Made by a program: the position numbers and the translations under genes
Shown: positions 1-11,027 of the stretch, in pieces
Numbering within the stretch: the first letter of the stretch is position 1
Layout of the letters: each line of letters begins with the position of its first letter
Notes under the pieces: generated by a model
The model's database searches: none
Seen by the model: only the letters and a program-made list of their open reading frames with translations
What the model was told of the DNA's origin: nothing
Assembly (NCBI GenBank): GCA_947570695.1
Contig: CANOVB010000009.1
Location: 7,658-71,657, forward strand
Reading direction: 5' to 3'
Length of the DNA: 64,000 bases
DNA from: an uncultured Clostridium sp.
Lineage (GTDB): Bacteria > Bacillota > Clostridia > TANB77 > CAG-508

Positions 1-1825
1 CAGATCCTGTTCCTGATGTAGTTGGAATTGACACCATTTTACATTTTGTTCCTAATTTTGGGAATTTATAAGTTCTTTTTCTTATATCCATAAATTTCAA
101 TTTTAAACCTTCTGGATCTGCATCTGGATATTCGTAGAAAAGCCACATTCCTTTTGCTGCATCCATTGCACTACCACCACCAAGAGCAATAATTACATCT
201 GGTTTAAAATTATTCATTGCCTCTACACCTTTTCTAATTGTTGTAAAAGATGGATCTGGTTCAACTTCTGAAAAAATTTCAGCATGTACATAACTTTCTC
301 TTTTTCTTAAATGATATAAAATTTTATCAACATAACCAAATTCAACCATTGAAGGATCTGTAACTATAAAAGCTCTTGTAATTTCTGGCATTTTTTCTAA
401 ATAAGCTATAGAACCAGCCTCAAAGAATATTTTTTCAGGGACCTTAAACCATTGCATATTAACCCTCCTTTTAGCAACTCTTTTTATATTTATTAAATTA
501 ACTGATGATACATTTGATGTAGTTGAATTTCCGCCAAAAGTACCACAACCTAATGTCAATGATGGCACATTTGTATTATATATATCACCTATTGCTCCAT
601 GTGTTGATGGAGAATTTACTATAATTCTTCCTGTTTTTACTGCTTTAGAAAATTTTAATACTGTTTCTTTATCTTCTGAATGAATAACAGCAGAATGTCC
701 CATTCCTCCAAATTTTATTAATCTATCTGCTAGTTCAACACCTTCTTCTGCATTATTAACAGTATAATATGCAAGTACTGGGCTAAGCTTTTCTTTTGAA
801 AATGGGTGTTCATCCCCTACGCCATATTCTCTTACTACTAAAACTTTTGTATTTTCAGGAACACTAAATCCAGCCCAATTAGCTATTGTTGCTGGGCTTT
901 GTCCTGCTATCGCACCATTTAATTTATTTCCATTTGCACTATCAAACATAGTAGCTTGTAATTTTGCTTTTTCTTCATCATTTACAAAATAACAATTTAA
1001 GTTTCTCATTTCTTGTTCAAATTGTTCTGTTATCTCATTATCTACTATAACTGCTTGCTCTGAAGCACATATCATTCCATTGTCAAATGATTTAGACATT
1101 ACTAAATCTGTTACTGCTCTTTTTAATTTAGCTGTTTTATCTATATAACAAGGTACGTTTCCTGGTCCAACACCTAATGCTGGTTTTCCACTTGAATATG
1201 CAGATTTAACCATACCTGAACCACCTGTTGCAAGAATTAAATCAACACCTGGGTGATTCATTAATAAACTTGTAGCAAGCACTGATGGTTTATCTATCCA
1301 TAATATACAATCTTCTGGAGCTCCTTCTGATACAGCTGCTTTTCTAAGAATTTCAGCAGCTTCCATACTACATTTTTGAGCACTTGGATGAAAACCAAAT
1401 ATTATAACATTTCTTGTTTTTGCTGAAATTAGAGATTTAAACATTACTGTTGAAGTCGGATTTGTAACTGGTGTTACTCCTGCTATTACACCTATTGGCT
1501 CAGCAATTAGCGAATATCCTTCTTCTTCATTTTTAGATATTACTCCAACTGTCTTGTCTTTTTTAATATTATGATAAACATATTCAGTGGCAAACATATT
1601 CTTAGTTATTTTATCTTCATAAATTCCTCTTCCAGTCTCTTCTATTGCCATTCTTGCTAATTTCATGTGATTATCAAGTCCCGCCATTGACATTTTTTTA
1701 ACAATTCTATCAATTTGTTCTTGATCTAATTTTTTATATTCTTCTGATGCTTTTTTCGCTCTTTCAACTAAACTGTTAATCATTTGTTCAATTTCAAGTC
1801 TTTCTTCTTCTGTTACTTCTGCCAT
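1..1825 (-). CDS. adhE: Bifunctional aldehyde/alcohol dehydrogenase AdhE, first ~608 codons (3' end runs off the window start)
   Basis: Absent from the ORF track because it has no stop in the window. My translation of the minus strand starts at the ATG at 1823-1825, preceded by AAGGAGG. It reads [26 protein letters not shown]...[20 protein letters not shown]...[13 protein letters not shown]...[11 protein letters not shown] (ALDH half), then ...[16 protein letters not shown]...[16 protein letters not shown] (Fe-ADH half). The frame stays open to nt 1. Confidence 0.9.
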   Translation of the reverse strand, partial: MAEVTEEERLEIEQMINSLVERAKKASEEYKKLDQEQIDRIVKKMSMAGLDNHMKLARMAIEETGRGIYEDKITKNMFATEYVYHNIKKDKTVGVISKNEEEGYSLIAEPIGVIAGVTPVTNPTSTVMFKSLISAKTRNVIIFGFHPSAQKCSMEAAEILRKAAVSEGAPEDCILWIDKPSVLATSLLMNHPGVDLILATGGSGMVKSAYSSGKPALGVGPGNVPCYIDKTAKLKRAVTDLVMSKSFDNGMICASEQAVIVDNEITEQFEQEMRNLNCYFVNDEEKAKLQATMFDSANGNKLNGAIAGQSPATIANWAGFSVPENTKVLVVREYGVGDEHPFSKEKLSPVLAYYTVNNAEEGVELADRLIKFGGMGHSAVIHSEDKETVLKFSKAVKTGRIIVNSPSTHGAIGDIYNTNVPSLTLGCGTFGGNSTTSNVSSVNLINIKRVAKRRVNMQWFKVPEKIFFEAGSIAYLEKMPEITRAFIVTDPSMVEFGYVDKILYHLRKRESYVHAEIFSEVEPDPSFTTIRKGVEAMNNFKPDVIIALGGGSAMDAAKGMWLFYEYPDADPEGLKLKFMDIRKRTYKFPKLGTKCKMVSIPTTSGTGS

Positions 1826-2250
1826 CTTTTGCCTCCTTATTTTTATTTTTTCATAAATTAGTATATATATAATTTGTTACAAATTCAAGTTATTTATACA
1901 ATAAAATATTAATGTATTGTAGGTTTGTCAAACATTTTTAAAATTATATATTTAGCCTATATATTTATTGACGTTTCTTCTTAGTTTTTACAAGTTTTAT
2001 GAACTCATTATAATTCTGTTATTCTAACAACCAAAAATATATACTTTACTAATATTATACATATACAATTCAAAATTTTAGCGATCTTCAATTTTAATTA
2101 AATGGAATTATTATTAATGAAAATTATGAAATATAAAAATAAAATGATTTAAAAAATATTCATTTTATCTACTTTACTAGTTTAAAGTATAGTTTTTATT
2201 GATTTTTGATAATTTCTTTTGTATAATGCTTTCAACTAGGAGTACTAAAT

Positions 2251-3351
2251 ATGAAAAATTTTATGCATACAATGTTTTGGGTAATAATATTAATTACATT
2301 TAATTTCTATATGTTTATTTTTAACATAGTAAGTTTTATATTTCAGCTACTTATTTATATTATTTTATCTATAACAATAGAAATAATATTTAAAGTAGTC
2401 AATATATATTATTGTATTAAATATTTAAAATATAAAAGGAATCTTATTTATAAAAAAAACATTCTAGAAAGAGTATTTATATTTCTATTTATAGTACTAT
2501 TTATAATATTAATTATCGCCATTTTATTTACTGCTTTTCTGTTTGCAAAAGATTTTTCAGAAATTAAAATTCAAGATTGCACAAGTGTTATTTCTACATT
2601 AGGAATGATTAGTGGTGCAATTTGGGCTTATTATCAATTCTCTATTCAAAAAAGAAAATCACATCAAGAAAAAGCTGCATTATTTTTAGATGATTTTTCA
2701 AAAGAAATAGAAGAAAAACTAGATATTATTTTAAAAGTATTAGCAGATCCTCTATATAAAAATGAATTGGACAAATTGAAAGACAACTTTGATATTCCTA
2801 AATACTTTGATGAACTAGAAATAAAAGAAAGATTTTCTTACACTAATTTACAACTTGATTCTTATTTAAAGAGAATCAGAAATTTATTATCATCACCACA
2901 AATTGAAAAAAAGTACAAAAATGTAATTAATACTACGTATGGTAAAAACAATAATAAGAATTTTCCTAAAAATTTTGAAACTTTTATAGAAATAACATTA
3001 GATAGATTAGAATATGAATGTCTGTTCATTGTTAGTTCTGAAGACAAATATGATTTTGCTTATAATTCATTTCATCAAAAATTTTTAAATGCAATTAATT
3101 TCTTACAAATTTACATATCTGATGGAAATTATAATAGCTATGATAGACATTATATTAACATTATCGAAGTATTTAATTTTTGGACAAAAAAAAGATGGAA
3201 AACCGTTATAGAAAGTGCTAAAATAAATTATCAAATTGAAAGTTTGTATGTTTTGCCTAAAAAAAATAAACTGTTTAGAAACCTAATTAAATTTTATAGA
3301 AAAAAATTAAAAAGAAAACAATTAAATATAAAAAATAGAAATACTTTATAA
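2251..3351 (+). CDS. Hypothetical polytopic membrane protein
   Basis: 366-aa ORF. The first ~130 aa form about four hydrophobic helices; the C-terminal half is Lys/Asn-rich and soluble. I recognise no motif. Confidence 0.45.
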   Translation: MKNFMHTMFWVIILITFNFYMFIFNIVSFIFQLLIYIILSITIEIIFKVVNIYYCIKYLKYKRNLIYKKNILERVFIFLFIVLFIILIIAILFTAFLFAKDFSEIKIQDCTSVISTLGMISGAIWAYYQFSIQKRKSHQEKAALFLDDFSKEIEEKLDIILKVLADPLYKNELDKLKDNFDIPKYFDELEIKERFSYTNLQLDSYLKRIRNLLSSPQIEKKYKNVINTTYGKNNNKNFPKNFETFIEITLDRLEYECLFIVSSEDKYDFAYNSFHQKFLNAINFLQIYISDGNYNSYDRHYINIIEVFNFWTKKRWKTVIESAKINYQIESLYVLPKKNKLFRNLIKFYRKKLKRKQLNIKNRNTL

Positions 3352-3358
3352 AATATTT

Positions 3359-3550
3359 CTATTTTTTTGGTGAATTTAATTTTTTTATTTCGTTTATATT
3401 GTCTTTAAATTCTTTATTTATTCTTTTATTAATAATTTGAATCTTCCTAATTCCCTTAGCCATTTTATTAAAAGGAACAAGCAAATGATTAACCATAATA
3501 ATATCATTGTCGTCATAACTTTTCCATTGATCTATTAAATCTTTATACAC
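3359..3550 (-). CDS. Small hypothetical protein (63 aa)
   Basis: GTG start preceded by AGGAG at about 7-nt spacing. Convergent with the 366-aa gene. No recognisable motif. Confidence 0.3.
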   Translation of the reverse strand: MYKDLIDQWKSYDDNDIIMVNHLLVPFNKMAKGIRKIQIINKRINKEFKDNINEIKKLNSPKK

Positions 3551-3827
3551 TACTTATCTCCTATCTCTATACATAATATTTTAGTTGAAATTATTATAAC
3601 AGTACATTTTAAAAAAGTCAATTTATATTATATTATTCTAATTTAATAAAGATGCATTTAAAAAAAGAATTTTACAATTATACTTTTCATCGTCTTTTTT
3701 GTTTTACTATTTAAACCTTAATTATATATTAATTTTATTTTTTTAACTTATAAAAGTAACTCATTTTTATTAAAACTTGTATAGATCAATATTGTAGAAA
3801 TTGCAAAGAATTTTTTTACAATATAAA

Positions 3828-3858
3828 AGAATACTGACATTTATTTTGTCAGTATTCT
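3828..3858 (-). terminator. Rho-independent terminator downstream of the M23 peptidase gene
   Basis: Perfect 12-bp inverted repeat AGAATACTGACA / TGTCAGTATTCT with a 7-nt loop. On the minus strand it is followed by TTTTAT. It lies about 15 nt after the stop at 3874. Confidence 0.8.
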
Positions 3859-3873
3859 ATAAATCTTAACTTT

Positions 3874-4965
3874 TTATTTATATAAATAATTTTGAGGATT
3901 TACTGGGGCTCCATTTACTCTTAACTCTAAATGTAAATGTGGTCCTGTTGAATTTCCTGTTGAGCCAACTGCTCCTATTGTTGTATTTGTATCAACTGGA
4001 GCACCTTGTGCTACATATATTGCACTACAATGTGCATAATAAGATTGAACTCCATTTCCGTGATCTATTATAATTAGGTTACCATAAGAACCTTTATATC
4101 CTGCATAAACTACTGTTCCACTTGCTACTGATCTTATTCCATTTCCTGAAGATGATGCTATATCTAATCCTGTGTGTATAGTAGATCTTGATGATCCCCT
4201 AGATCCAAATCTTGATGATATTGAACCTGTAACAGGTATTGAAAGTGCTATTCCATTTATATCACCTGATGGTCCATCTGTTACTGTTGTAGCCAAGCTT
4301 CTTGCTCTTAAAGTTCTTGCTCTTGCTAAAGATGCTTTTCTCGCAGCAGCTTCTTCCTCTGCCTTTTTACTTTGATATTCAGTTACTTTAGCGACTTTTA
4401 ATTCGCTTAAAGTATTTTTAGCCGCATCGATTGAAACAACATTATGCTCTTTTGTATAATTATCAATTATACATAAATTAAATTCTATTTCTGCACTCAT
4501 GTCTGATTTTATTTCATTTATCATGTTTTCCGCTTCTTCTTTTGATTCAAGTAAAGCTTTTTGTTCTCCATTAAGCATTACTGCATAAAATCTATATGTT
4601 GTTGTTGTTAAGCTCTCAATAGATAACATTACATCTTTTTCATTAACTTGTGTATCTTTATTTACAAATTTAAATTCATACTCTGGTAATTCATCAATTT
4701 CTCTAAATGCTACATTTCCTGTAGTATTTTTGATGTATTTATCTATTTTTGCTTCCATTACTTTTCTGTTTTCTATAAAACCTATTGTTTCACCTGATAT
4801 CGTGACTTTATATACAGGTTTATATTTAATGTAAACTACAGTTATTACTATAGCTAAACTAATTGTGATAAGTTTTAGGGTTTTTGCGACTTCTTTTGTA
4901 TAATATTTAACCCAATTTATTAAAATAAACTTCACTCTCCTTTTTAGCTTTTTAAAATGCGTCAC
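3874..4965 (-). CDS. Membrane-anchored M23/LytM-family peptidoglycan endopeptidase
   Basis: C-terminal M23 signature HTGLDIA ... GNLIIIDHGNG ... GSTGNSTGPHLHLELR. N-terminal single TM helix (LKLITISLAIVITVVYI). The track start is GTG; the exact start is uncertain. Confidence 0.9.
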   Translation of the reverse strand: MTHFKKLKRRVKFILINWVKYYTKEVAKTLKLITISLAIVITVVYIKYKPVYKVTISGETIGFIENRKVMEAKIDKYIKNTTGNVAFREIDELPEYEFKFVNKDTQVNEKDVMLSIESLTTTTYRFYAVMLNGEQKALLESKEEAENMINEIKSDMSAEIEFNLCIIDNYTKEHNVVSIDAAKNTLSELKVAKVTEYQSKKAEEEAAARKASLARARTLRARSLATTVTDGPSGDINGIALSIPVTGSISSRFGSRGSSRSTIHTGLDIASSSGNGIRSVASGTVVYAGYKGSYGNLIIIDHGNGVQSYYAHCSAIYVAQGAPVDTNTTIGAVGSTGNSTGPHLHLELRVNGAPVNPQNYLYK

Positions 4966-5213
4966 TAAACACTATTATACTATAAATATGATGCAATTTC
5001 AAACATTTTTTTACGTTTTTAGTCAAATTTAGACAGATTTATTCTATTTTATTTAGTTTCAGCCTTTTATATATCAAAGATTACTCATTTATGCTCACTT
5101 TTTCTTTATTTTTCTTCTTTTATCTATTAATTAGATTTGTTGTCTTTTTGACTTGGGTGGTTTTTCTAGTATATTTTTATATATCTTTTTAAACATCATT
5201 CCCATTTTTCTTT

Positions 5214-5256
5214 CAAAAAAACAAGGAATTTAGAAAACAAATTTCTAAATTCCTTG
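5214..5256 (-). terminator. Rho-independent terminator downstream of smc
   Basis: 15-bp inverted repeat CAAGGAATTTAGAAA / TTTCTAAATTCCTTG. On the minus strand it is followed by a T-run (the complement of the A-run at 5214-5221). Confidence 0.8.
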
Positions 5257-5282
5257 CTATAAAAAACTAATTTTATATGTTT

Positions 5283-8200
5283 TTATTTTAACTTCATTGA
5301 TAAAAGTTTACTTATTCCTTTTTCTTCCATTGTAATTCCATAAACAGTATCTGCAGCTTCCATAGTTCCTTTTCTGTGAGTAATAACTAAAAATTGTGTA
5401 TCCTTGGAAAACTTTTTCAAATATTCCGCAAATCTATAAACATTAACATCATCAAGTGCTGCTTCTATTTCATCTAGCACACAAAATGGTGCTGGATTCA
5501 TTCTTAATATTGCAAATAATAATGCTATAGCAGTAAAAGCCTTTTCTCCTCCTGATAATAACATCATATTTTGAAGTTTCTTTCCTGGTGGTTGAACTGC
5601 TATTTCTATTCCACATTCTAAAATATTCGCTTCATCTGCAAGAATCAGCTCCGCTTTTCCTCCACCAAATAATTCTGTAAAAACTTCTCCAAAATTTTTA
5701 TTAATGATTTTAAATTGTTCCGTAAATTGCTTTTTCATTGTTTCTATCATTTCATTAATAACTTTTTTTAGCTTGTTACTTGAATCCTCTAAATCAAGTC
5801 TTTGTTCACTCATAAAATCATATCTTTCTTTTAATTCTTGATATTCTTTTATTGAATCAACATTTATACTTCCTAAATCTCTTATATCACTTCTTATAGA
5901 ATTTACATTTTTTTGAACTTCTGTAGGATTTTTAGCTTTTTCTATATCACCAACTGTATTTGGAGTTAATTCATATTCTTCCCACATCTTACTAATCACT
6001 TGATTTAGTTCAAGCTCAATTTTTGACTTTTTTAAATCTAATTTTGAAACATGATTTTTTATATCTTCAATCTTTAAATTCTGTTCTTCTATTTCTTTTT
6101 CAATATTAGTTAATTTTTCATTTTTTATAATTCTATCTTCTTTTAGTTTTTCTACTTTTTCTGTACTTCCAAGAATTTCTTTTTCCAAATCTATAATTTT
6201 TTGTTTTACTTCTTCTATTTTTACTTCGCTTTCTTGATTTTCTACTAATATTCTTTCTCTTAAATCTTTTTTATTATTAATACTTGCTGTGTTTTTTCTA
6301 ATATCAAAATCAATTCTTTCAATAATTTCATTAATAGAAACTTCGCTTTCATCAAATGAAGAAACTGATATTTTTAAATTTGTTATATCAAAATTTAAGT
6401 CATCTATGTATTTTTGATTATCTTTATTTAAATTTGTAAATTCTTCAATAATAATATTTAAAGCAGAATTTTTTTCTTCCATCTCTAATATTGTTTTATT
6501 AAATTCTTCTTGTTTTACTGTATTTTCTTCTTTTTCTTTTCCTATATTCTCTAAATCTGTTCTTAATTTTGCAAGTTTTGCATCTAATTTTAATATCTCT
6601 AAATCTAAATTATCATTTTTTTGTTTTTCTGTAGCATAAATAATCTCTAATTCTTGATATTCTTTTTGCTTTTGCTCATATTTTTCTAAAATCTCAGAAA
6701 TACTCTCTTCATAATCTGATTTTTCTTTTTGTGCTTTTTCTAATTTTTCTTTAATTTGTTCTAATTCTTTTTCTAATTCTGCAATTTCTTTGCCTCTACC
6801 TAAAATGCTAACTGTTTTACTCGCTACAGAACCACCACTAATTGCTCCTGATGGATTAATTACATCTCCTTTTAAAGTAACAATTTTAAACTTATATCCA
6901 TTTTGTTTAGCAAGTTTTACTGCTGAATCAATATCCTCAACAATAACTGTTCTTCCTAATAAATTAAGTATAATTCCTTCATATTTTCTATCAACTTTTA
7001 CCAAATCAGATGCAATTCCAATAACTCCATCTATTCCTCTATAATTAACCCCATTAATTCTTTGCCCTTTTACAGAAGTTATTGGTAAAAATGATGCTCT
7101 TCCAAGCTTATTATCTCTTAAATAGTTAACTAATCTTTTTGCTTCTTCTTCAGTATCTGTAACTATATTTTGTATACTTGCTCCTAGTGTCATCTCTATA
7201 GCTGTTTCATACTTTTTATCAACAGAAATAAGATTTGCTAAAACTCCATGAACACCCTTTGATAAGCCACTATTTCTTTCTGTTGCTTCAACTAAAAGTT
7301 TTACGCTTTTAGCATATCCTTCTTTTTCTTTCTCTGTTTCAACTAAAAATCTATATCTTGCTTCTTTTATCCTATATTCAGACTGATAACTATTAATCTT
7401 AGTATCAAACTCATTTAACTTATCTGCACTTTTCTCTTTCTCAGATTTCATTTCATCTAAAGTTTTACTTATAGAATTTTTATTTTTTTCAAGTTCATAA
7501 AAACTTTTAGATAAATCTTCTTTATTACTTCTAGTAGCATCTAATTCAGAAATTGTTTCTTGAATTTCTGTTTTTAATGAATTTTCTCTTTTAACTAAAT
7601 TATCAAAATTGGCCTTTTCAGCATTTATTTGTGCAACAATTTCATATTTTTCATCTATGTTTTTTTGAACAATCTCTTTTTTACCTTCAATTTCAATCTC
7701 TTTTTCACTCATCGTTTTTGTATATTTTTCTAGTTCCTCAAGCTTTTGTTTTAGTTCTGTTTCAAATTTCTCTTTATTATTAAATAAATTGTTCTTTTTT
7801 TCAGATTTTTGTTTTTTCTCTTCTTCTAATTCTTTGTTACGATTTTCTAACTCTTCTATTTCTATAGCATATCTTTCAAAATTTTCTTTATTATTAGATG
7901 TTCTTTCTTCAAGAATTCCTATTTCACTATTATATTGTTCTTTTTTCTGATTACCTTCAAAACCTAAATTTTGTGTTTTTTCTATTTCTTGTACTAATAA
8001 ATCTATTGCTTGTTTTAACTCTTCTTTAGTACTTTGAAGATTATTTTGTACTTCATCTTCTCTTACTTTTTGAGTTTCTAAAATATCTATATTTTTTGTT
8101 ATTTCCTCAATTTGTTTTTTAAAATCATCTATATTATATAAAAATAATCCAACTTCTATATTTTTTAGTTCTTCTCTTAAACTTAAAAATTTTCTAGCTT

Positions 8201-8831
8201 TTTCTGATTGTGATTTTAAAGGACCTAAGTTTGCTTCAATTTCTGTTATTATGTCATTTATTCTAAGTAAGTTAAGTTTTGTTTGTTCTAATTTCTTTTC
8301 TGAGTCTGATTTTCTTGTTCTATATTTTACAATTCCTGCTGCTTCTTCAAAAATATGTCTTCTATCTTCTGATTTATTACTTAAAATTTCCTCAATTTTC
8401 CCCTGCCCTATTATAGAATATCCATCTTTTCCAATTCCTGTATCCATAAATAGTTCTAGAATATCTTTTAATCTACATGGAGTTTTATTAATAAAATAGC
8501 CAGTTTCACCACTTCTATAAATTCTTCTTGTAACTACTACCTCATTATATTCTATCGGAAGTTTTGAATCAGAGTTATCTATAATTAAAGAGGCCTCAGC
8601 AAATCCCAAAGATTTTCTATTTTGAGTTCCTGCAAAAATTATATCTTCAGATTTAGCCCCTCTTAATGATTTTAAGCTTTGCTCTCCAAGTACCCATCTG
8701 ATACAATCTGAAATATTACTTTTTCCTGATCCATTTGGTCCAATTACTGTTGTTATTCCTGGCATAAATTCTAATATTGTTTTATCAGCAAAAGACTTAA
8801 ATCCATACATTTCTAATCTTTTTAAATACAT
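5283..8831 (-). CDS. smc: Chromosome segregation protein SMC
   Basis: 1182 aa. N-terminal Walker A GPNGSGKSN, long Lys/Glu coiled coils and a central hinge. C-terminal signature LSGGEKAFTAIALLFA and Walker B FCVLDEIEAALD. Confidence 0.97.
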   Translation of the reverse strand: MYLKRLEMYGFKSFADKTILEFMPGITTVIGPNGSGKSNISDCIRWVLGEQSLKSLRGAKSEDIIFAGTQNRKSLGFAEASLIIDNSDSKLPIEYNEVVVTRRIYRSGETGYFINKTPCRLKDILELFMDTGIGKDGYSIIGQGKIEEILSNKSEDRRHIFEEAAGIVKYRTRKSDSEKKLEQTKLNLLRINDIITEIEANLGPLKSQSEKARKFLSLREELKNIEVGLFLYNIDDFKKQIEEITKNIDILETQKVREDEVQNNLQSTKEELKQAIDLLVQEIEKTQNLGFEGNQKKEQYNSEIGILEERTSNNKENFERYAIEIEELENRNKELEEEKKQKSEKKNNLFNNKEKFETELKQKLEELEKYTKTMSEKEIEIEGKKEIVQKNIDEKYEIVAQINAEKANFDNLVKRENSLKTEIQETISELDATRSNKEDLSKSFYELEKNKNSISKTLDEMKSEKEKSADKLNEFDTKINSYQSEYRIKEARYRFLVETEKEKEGYAKSVKLLVEATERNSGLSKGVHGVLANLISVDKKYETAIEMTLGASIQNIVTDTEEEAKRLVNYLRDNKLGRASFLPITSVKGQRINGVNYRGIDGVIGIASDLVKVDRKYEGIILNLLGRTVIVEDIDSAVKLAKQNGYKFKIVTLKGDVINPSGAISGGSVASKTVSILGRGKEIAELEKELEQIKEKLEKAQKEKSDYEESISEILEKYEQKQKEYQELEIIYATEKQKNDNLDLEILKLDAKLAKLRTDLENIGKEKEENTVKQEEFNKTILEMEEKNSALNIIIEEFTNLNKDNQKYIDDLNFDITNLKISVSSFDESEVSINEIIERIDFDIRKNTASINNKKDLRERILVENQESEVKIEEVKQKIIDLEKEILGSTEKVEKLKEDRIIKNEKLTNIEKEIEEQNLKIEDIKNHVSKLDLKKSKIELELNQVISKMWEEYELTPNTVGDIEKAKNPTEVQKNVNSIRSDIRDLGSINVDSIKEYQELKERYDFMSEQRLDLEDSSNKLKKVINEMIETMKKQFTEQFKIINKNFGEVFTELFGGGKAELILADEANILECGIEIAVQPPGKKLQNMMLLSGGEKAFTAIALLFAILRMNPAPFCVLDEIEAALDDVNVYRFAEYLKKFSKDTQFLVITHRKGTMEAADTVYGITMEEKGISKLLSMKLK

Positions 8832-8892
8832 GTTTTACTTCCTTTTTTAAACTTCTTTTATATAATATTATAGTTTTTATTTTTTTTCAAGC

Positions 8893-9634
8893 TTATGGCA
8901 TTATAATAATCTTATCAGCTAATATGATTTCACTTGCTCTACTTCCCTCATCTGTTCTTGTCATACTTGATGGTCCCCAAGTAACTCCTAAGCTAGTATC
9001 TACAGTTGCTAAATAACCCATTATTCTTACAACTTGTCCTTGTTTTACTTTGTTTAAAATTTTTTTCACATTTTTATCTAATACAATTATATGATTATTT
9101 GAAACATTTGATATTATTTTTTCTTTAGTAAATTTCTTTCCAAGCCATGAATCCCATTTATATGTAGAATATCTTTCTGTAACCTCATATTTATCAAAAT
9201 CTATATGTCCTGAATTTTCTTCTAATGCTACTTCCCCCCAGGACAATATTAAAGCTCTTGGTGAAATTAAATCTATACCTTTTGTGCTAGAACTTTTAAA
9301 AGAAAATATAGATTCAGTTCTAGAAGAGCTATATTTTTTTATTCCCTCTACTTTTCCTGTAATATCATATTTTGCTATTTTTTTTATAGCAAATCTTACT
9401 CCGTAATGTCCGAACTATAACCTCTTCTTCATCTTCTATACTTTCTTGTATAGGTTCTGGAATTATATCTTTACTTAAATCATAATTAACTATTAAGCTC
9501 TCATCTATCTTATAAGGAAATATTATCTCATTTAAAATGATATAACCAACTATAGCAAAAATTATTGCAACAATAATTACGTACATGCCATCTTTTAATA
9601 TTCTATTTGATCTATCCTGTTCATGTACATTCAT
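8893..9634 (-). pseudogene. Membrane-anchored protein of unknown function, split by a +1 frameshift (or assembly error) in the 50-nt frame overlap 9365-9414, which contains an A8 run
   Basis: ORF 9365-9634 (N-terminal TM helix) and ORF 8893-9246 lie in different frames. The downstream frame stays open upstream to about 9414 with no start or SD near 9246. Removing one A from the A8 run (T8 on the plus strand, about 9378-9385) fuses them into one ORF of roughly 246 aa. Confidence 0.5.
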
Positions 9635-9931
9635 AAAACAATATTCTCCTTAAATTAATTTATATTCTATCAAAAAAGAGAGACCTAAACAAGTAAAATT
9701 TATAGCTAAACTTTAATTAATGTTTACATTCTATCAAATAAATATATTCAAAACAAGTTATTATTTTTTCTAAAAATCACAGTAATACCTTATATTTAAA
9801 ACTTTTATTTATTTAATAGACTTTTGTTTTAAATTACTGTATAATTAAATAAGAGTAATTTAAATATTATTGTTCTATTTATTTTAAACTTAAAAAATTT
9901 TAATTCTTAATTCAAAAGAGGAGAAATACAA

Positions 9932-10873
9932 ATGAAAGAAGTTTTTGATTTTTATAATAGTACTTCTATTAAATCTTATAACTTAAATGAAACTATTCGT
10001 TACCAATTAAAAATGTTAGATAGTTTAGATGGATTTACCAGACGTCATTCTGAAAATGTCGCTAATATAACTTGTAGACTTTGTGAGAAATTGCATCTTT
10101 CAGAAGGATTTACCATATATTGCACAACTTGTGCATATTTACATGATGTTGGAAAAATATTTATACCTCCATCAATTTTACAAAAACCAACTAAATTAAC
10201 TGATGAAGAATATGAAATAATGAAAACACATACTTCTATTGGATATAAAATTTGTATGAATGATCTAAAACTTAGGCCTTATGCTGCTGGAGCTCTATAT
10301 CATCATGAAGCACTAGATGGAACAGGATATCCTCATGGAATAATAGGAAATAAAATTCCTTATGAAGCCCAAATAATAAGAGTGGCAGATGAATTTGAAG
10401 CAATTACAGCTAAACGTCAATATAAATCACACGTTGGTGTTGTGGATGCATTAAACATTCTAATAGATCACGCAAGGCCTTCTGCCCCTACAAGTGTTGG
10501 AGATGCTATTAAAAAAATGCCACTTGGCGGTGTAGGAAAAATAGATAAAAAAGTTTTAAAAGCTCTATTTAAAGTAATCATAGATGACACTGAATATGAA
10601 ATATATGCAAGAACTGATTATTTAAATTTCTTAAAAAAAGAAATACAAAGAATAAGTGATGCACAAAAATATTATTATAGAATGCAAGCCGCACTTACAG
10701 AAGAAAAAAGAGAATATTATAAAGCAGAAATTAAATGTTATTTAAAACCTCAAGAAGATCCAGAAAAACTTCCTCAAATGCTACAAGAATTTGAAGAAGC
10801 ATATAAAGTTAGAAAAGCTCATATAGGAAAATTGCATGATGAAATAAGACAAATTAAGAGATTATCAATCTAA
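9932..10873 (+). CDS. HD-GYP domain protein (putative cyclic-di-GMP phosphodiesterase)
   Basis: HD motif (LHDVGKIFIP) and HHEALDGTGYPHG. SD GAGGAG upstream of the ATG. Confidence 0.85.
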   Translation: MKEVFDFYNSTSIKSYNLNETIRYQLKMLDSLDGFTRRHSENVANITCRLCEKLHLSEGFTIYCTTCAYLHDVGKIFIPPSILQKPTKLTDEEYEIMKTHTSIGYKICMNDLKLRPYAAGALYHHEALDGTGYPHGIIGNKIPYEAQIIRVADEFEAITAKRQYKSHVGVVDALNILIDHARPSAPTSVGDAIKKMPLGGVGKIDKKVLKALFKVIIDDTEYEIYARTDYLNFLKKEIQRISDAQKYYYRMQAALTEEKREYYKAEIKCYLKPQEDPEKLPQMLQEFEEAYKVRKAHIGKLHDEIRQIKRLSI

Positions 10874-10940
10874 ATTTAATATGAAATAAAACGAATTAAG
10901 AAATTATCAATTTAAATTTAATGTTAAATATAAAAGTAAA

Positions 10941-10978
10941 AAACGTAAGCAAATTAAAATTTGTTTACGTTTTTTATA
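10941..10978 (+). terminator. Terminator between the convergent HD-GYP gene and proS
   Basis: 13-bp stem AAACGTAAGCAAA / TTTGTTTACGTTT, with one G-U pair on the plus-strand RNA, followed by TTTTTAT. Confidence 0.7.
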
Positions 10979-11027
10979 ATCTTTTTAATTTATAAAATAC
11001 ATTTTTGCTTTTATACTTTTCTTGAAT

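Noticed and set aside
1826-2250. Rex-type operator in the adhE upstream region (TTGTTACAAATTCAAG near 1873)
   Set aside because: It is not a palindrome of the TTGTGAA/TTCACAA type. Only one half-site is acceptable.
4172-8499. Track ORFs 4172-4375, 6790-7044 and 8251-8499 on the plus strand
   Set aside because: They lie entirely antisense inside the M23 peptidase and smc genes. Their translations are low-complexity, with no SD. They are shadow ORFs.
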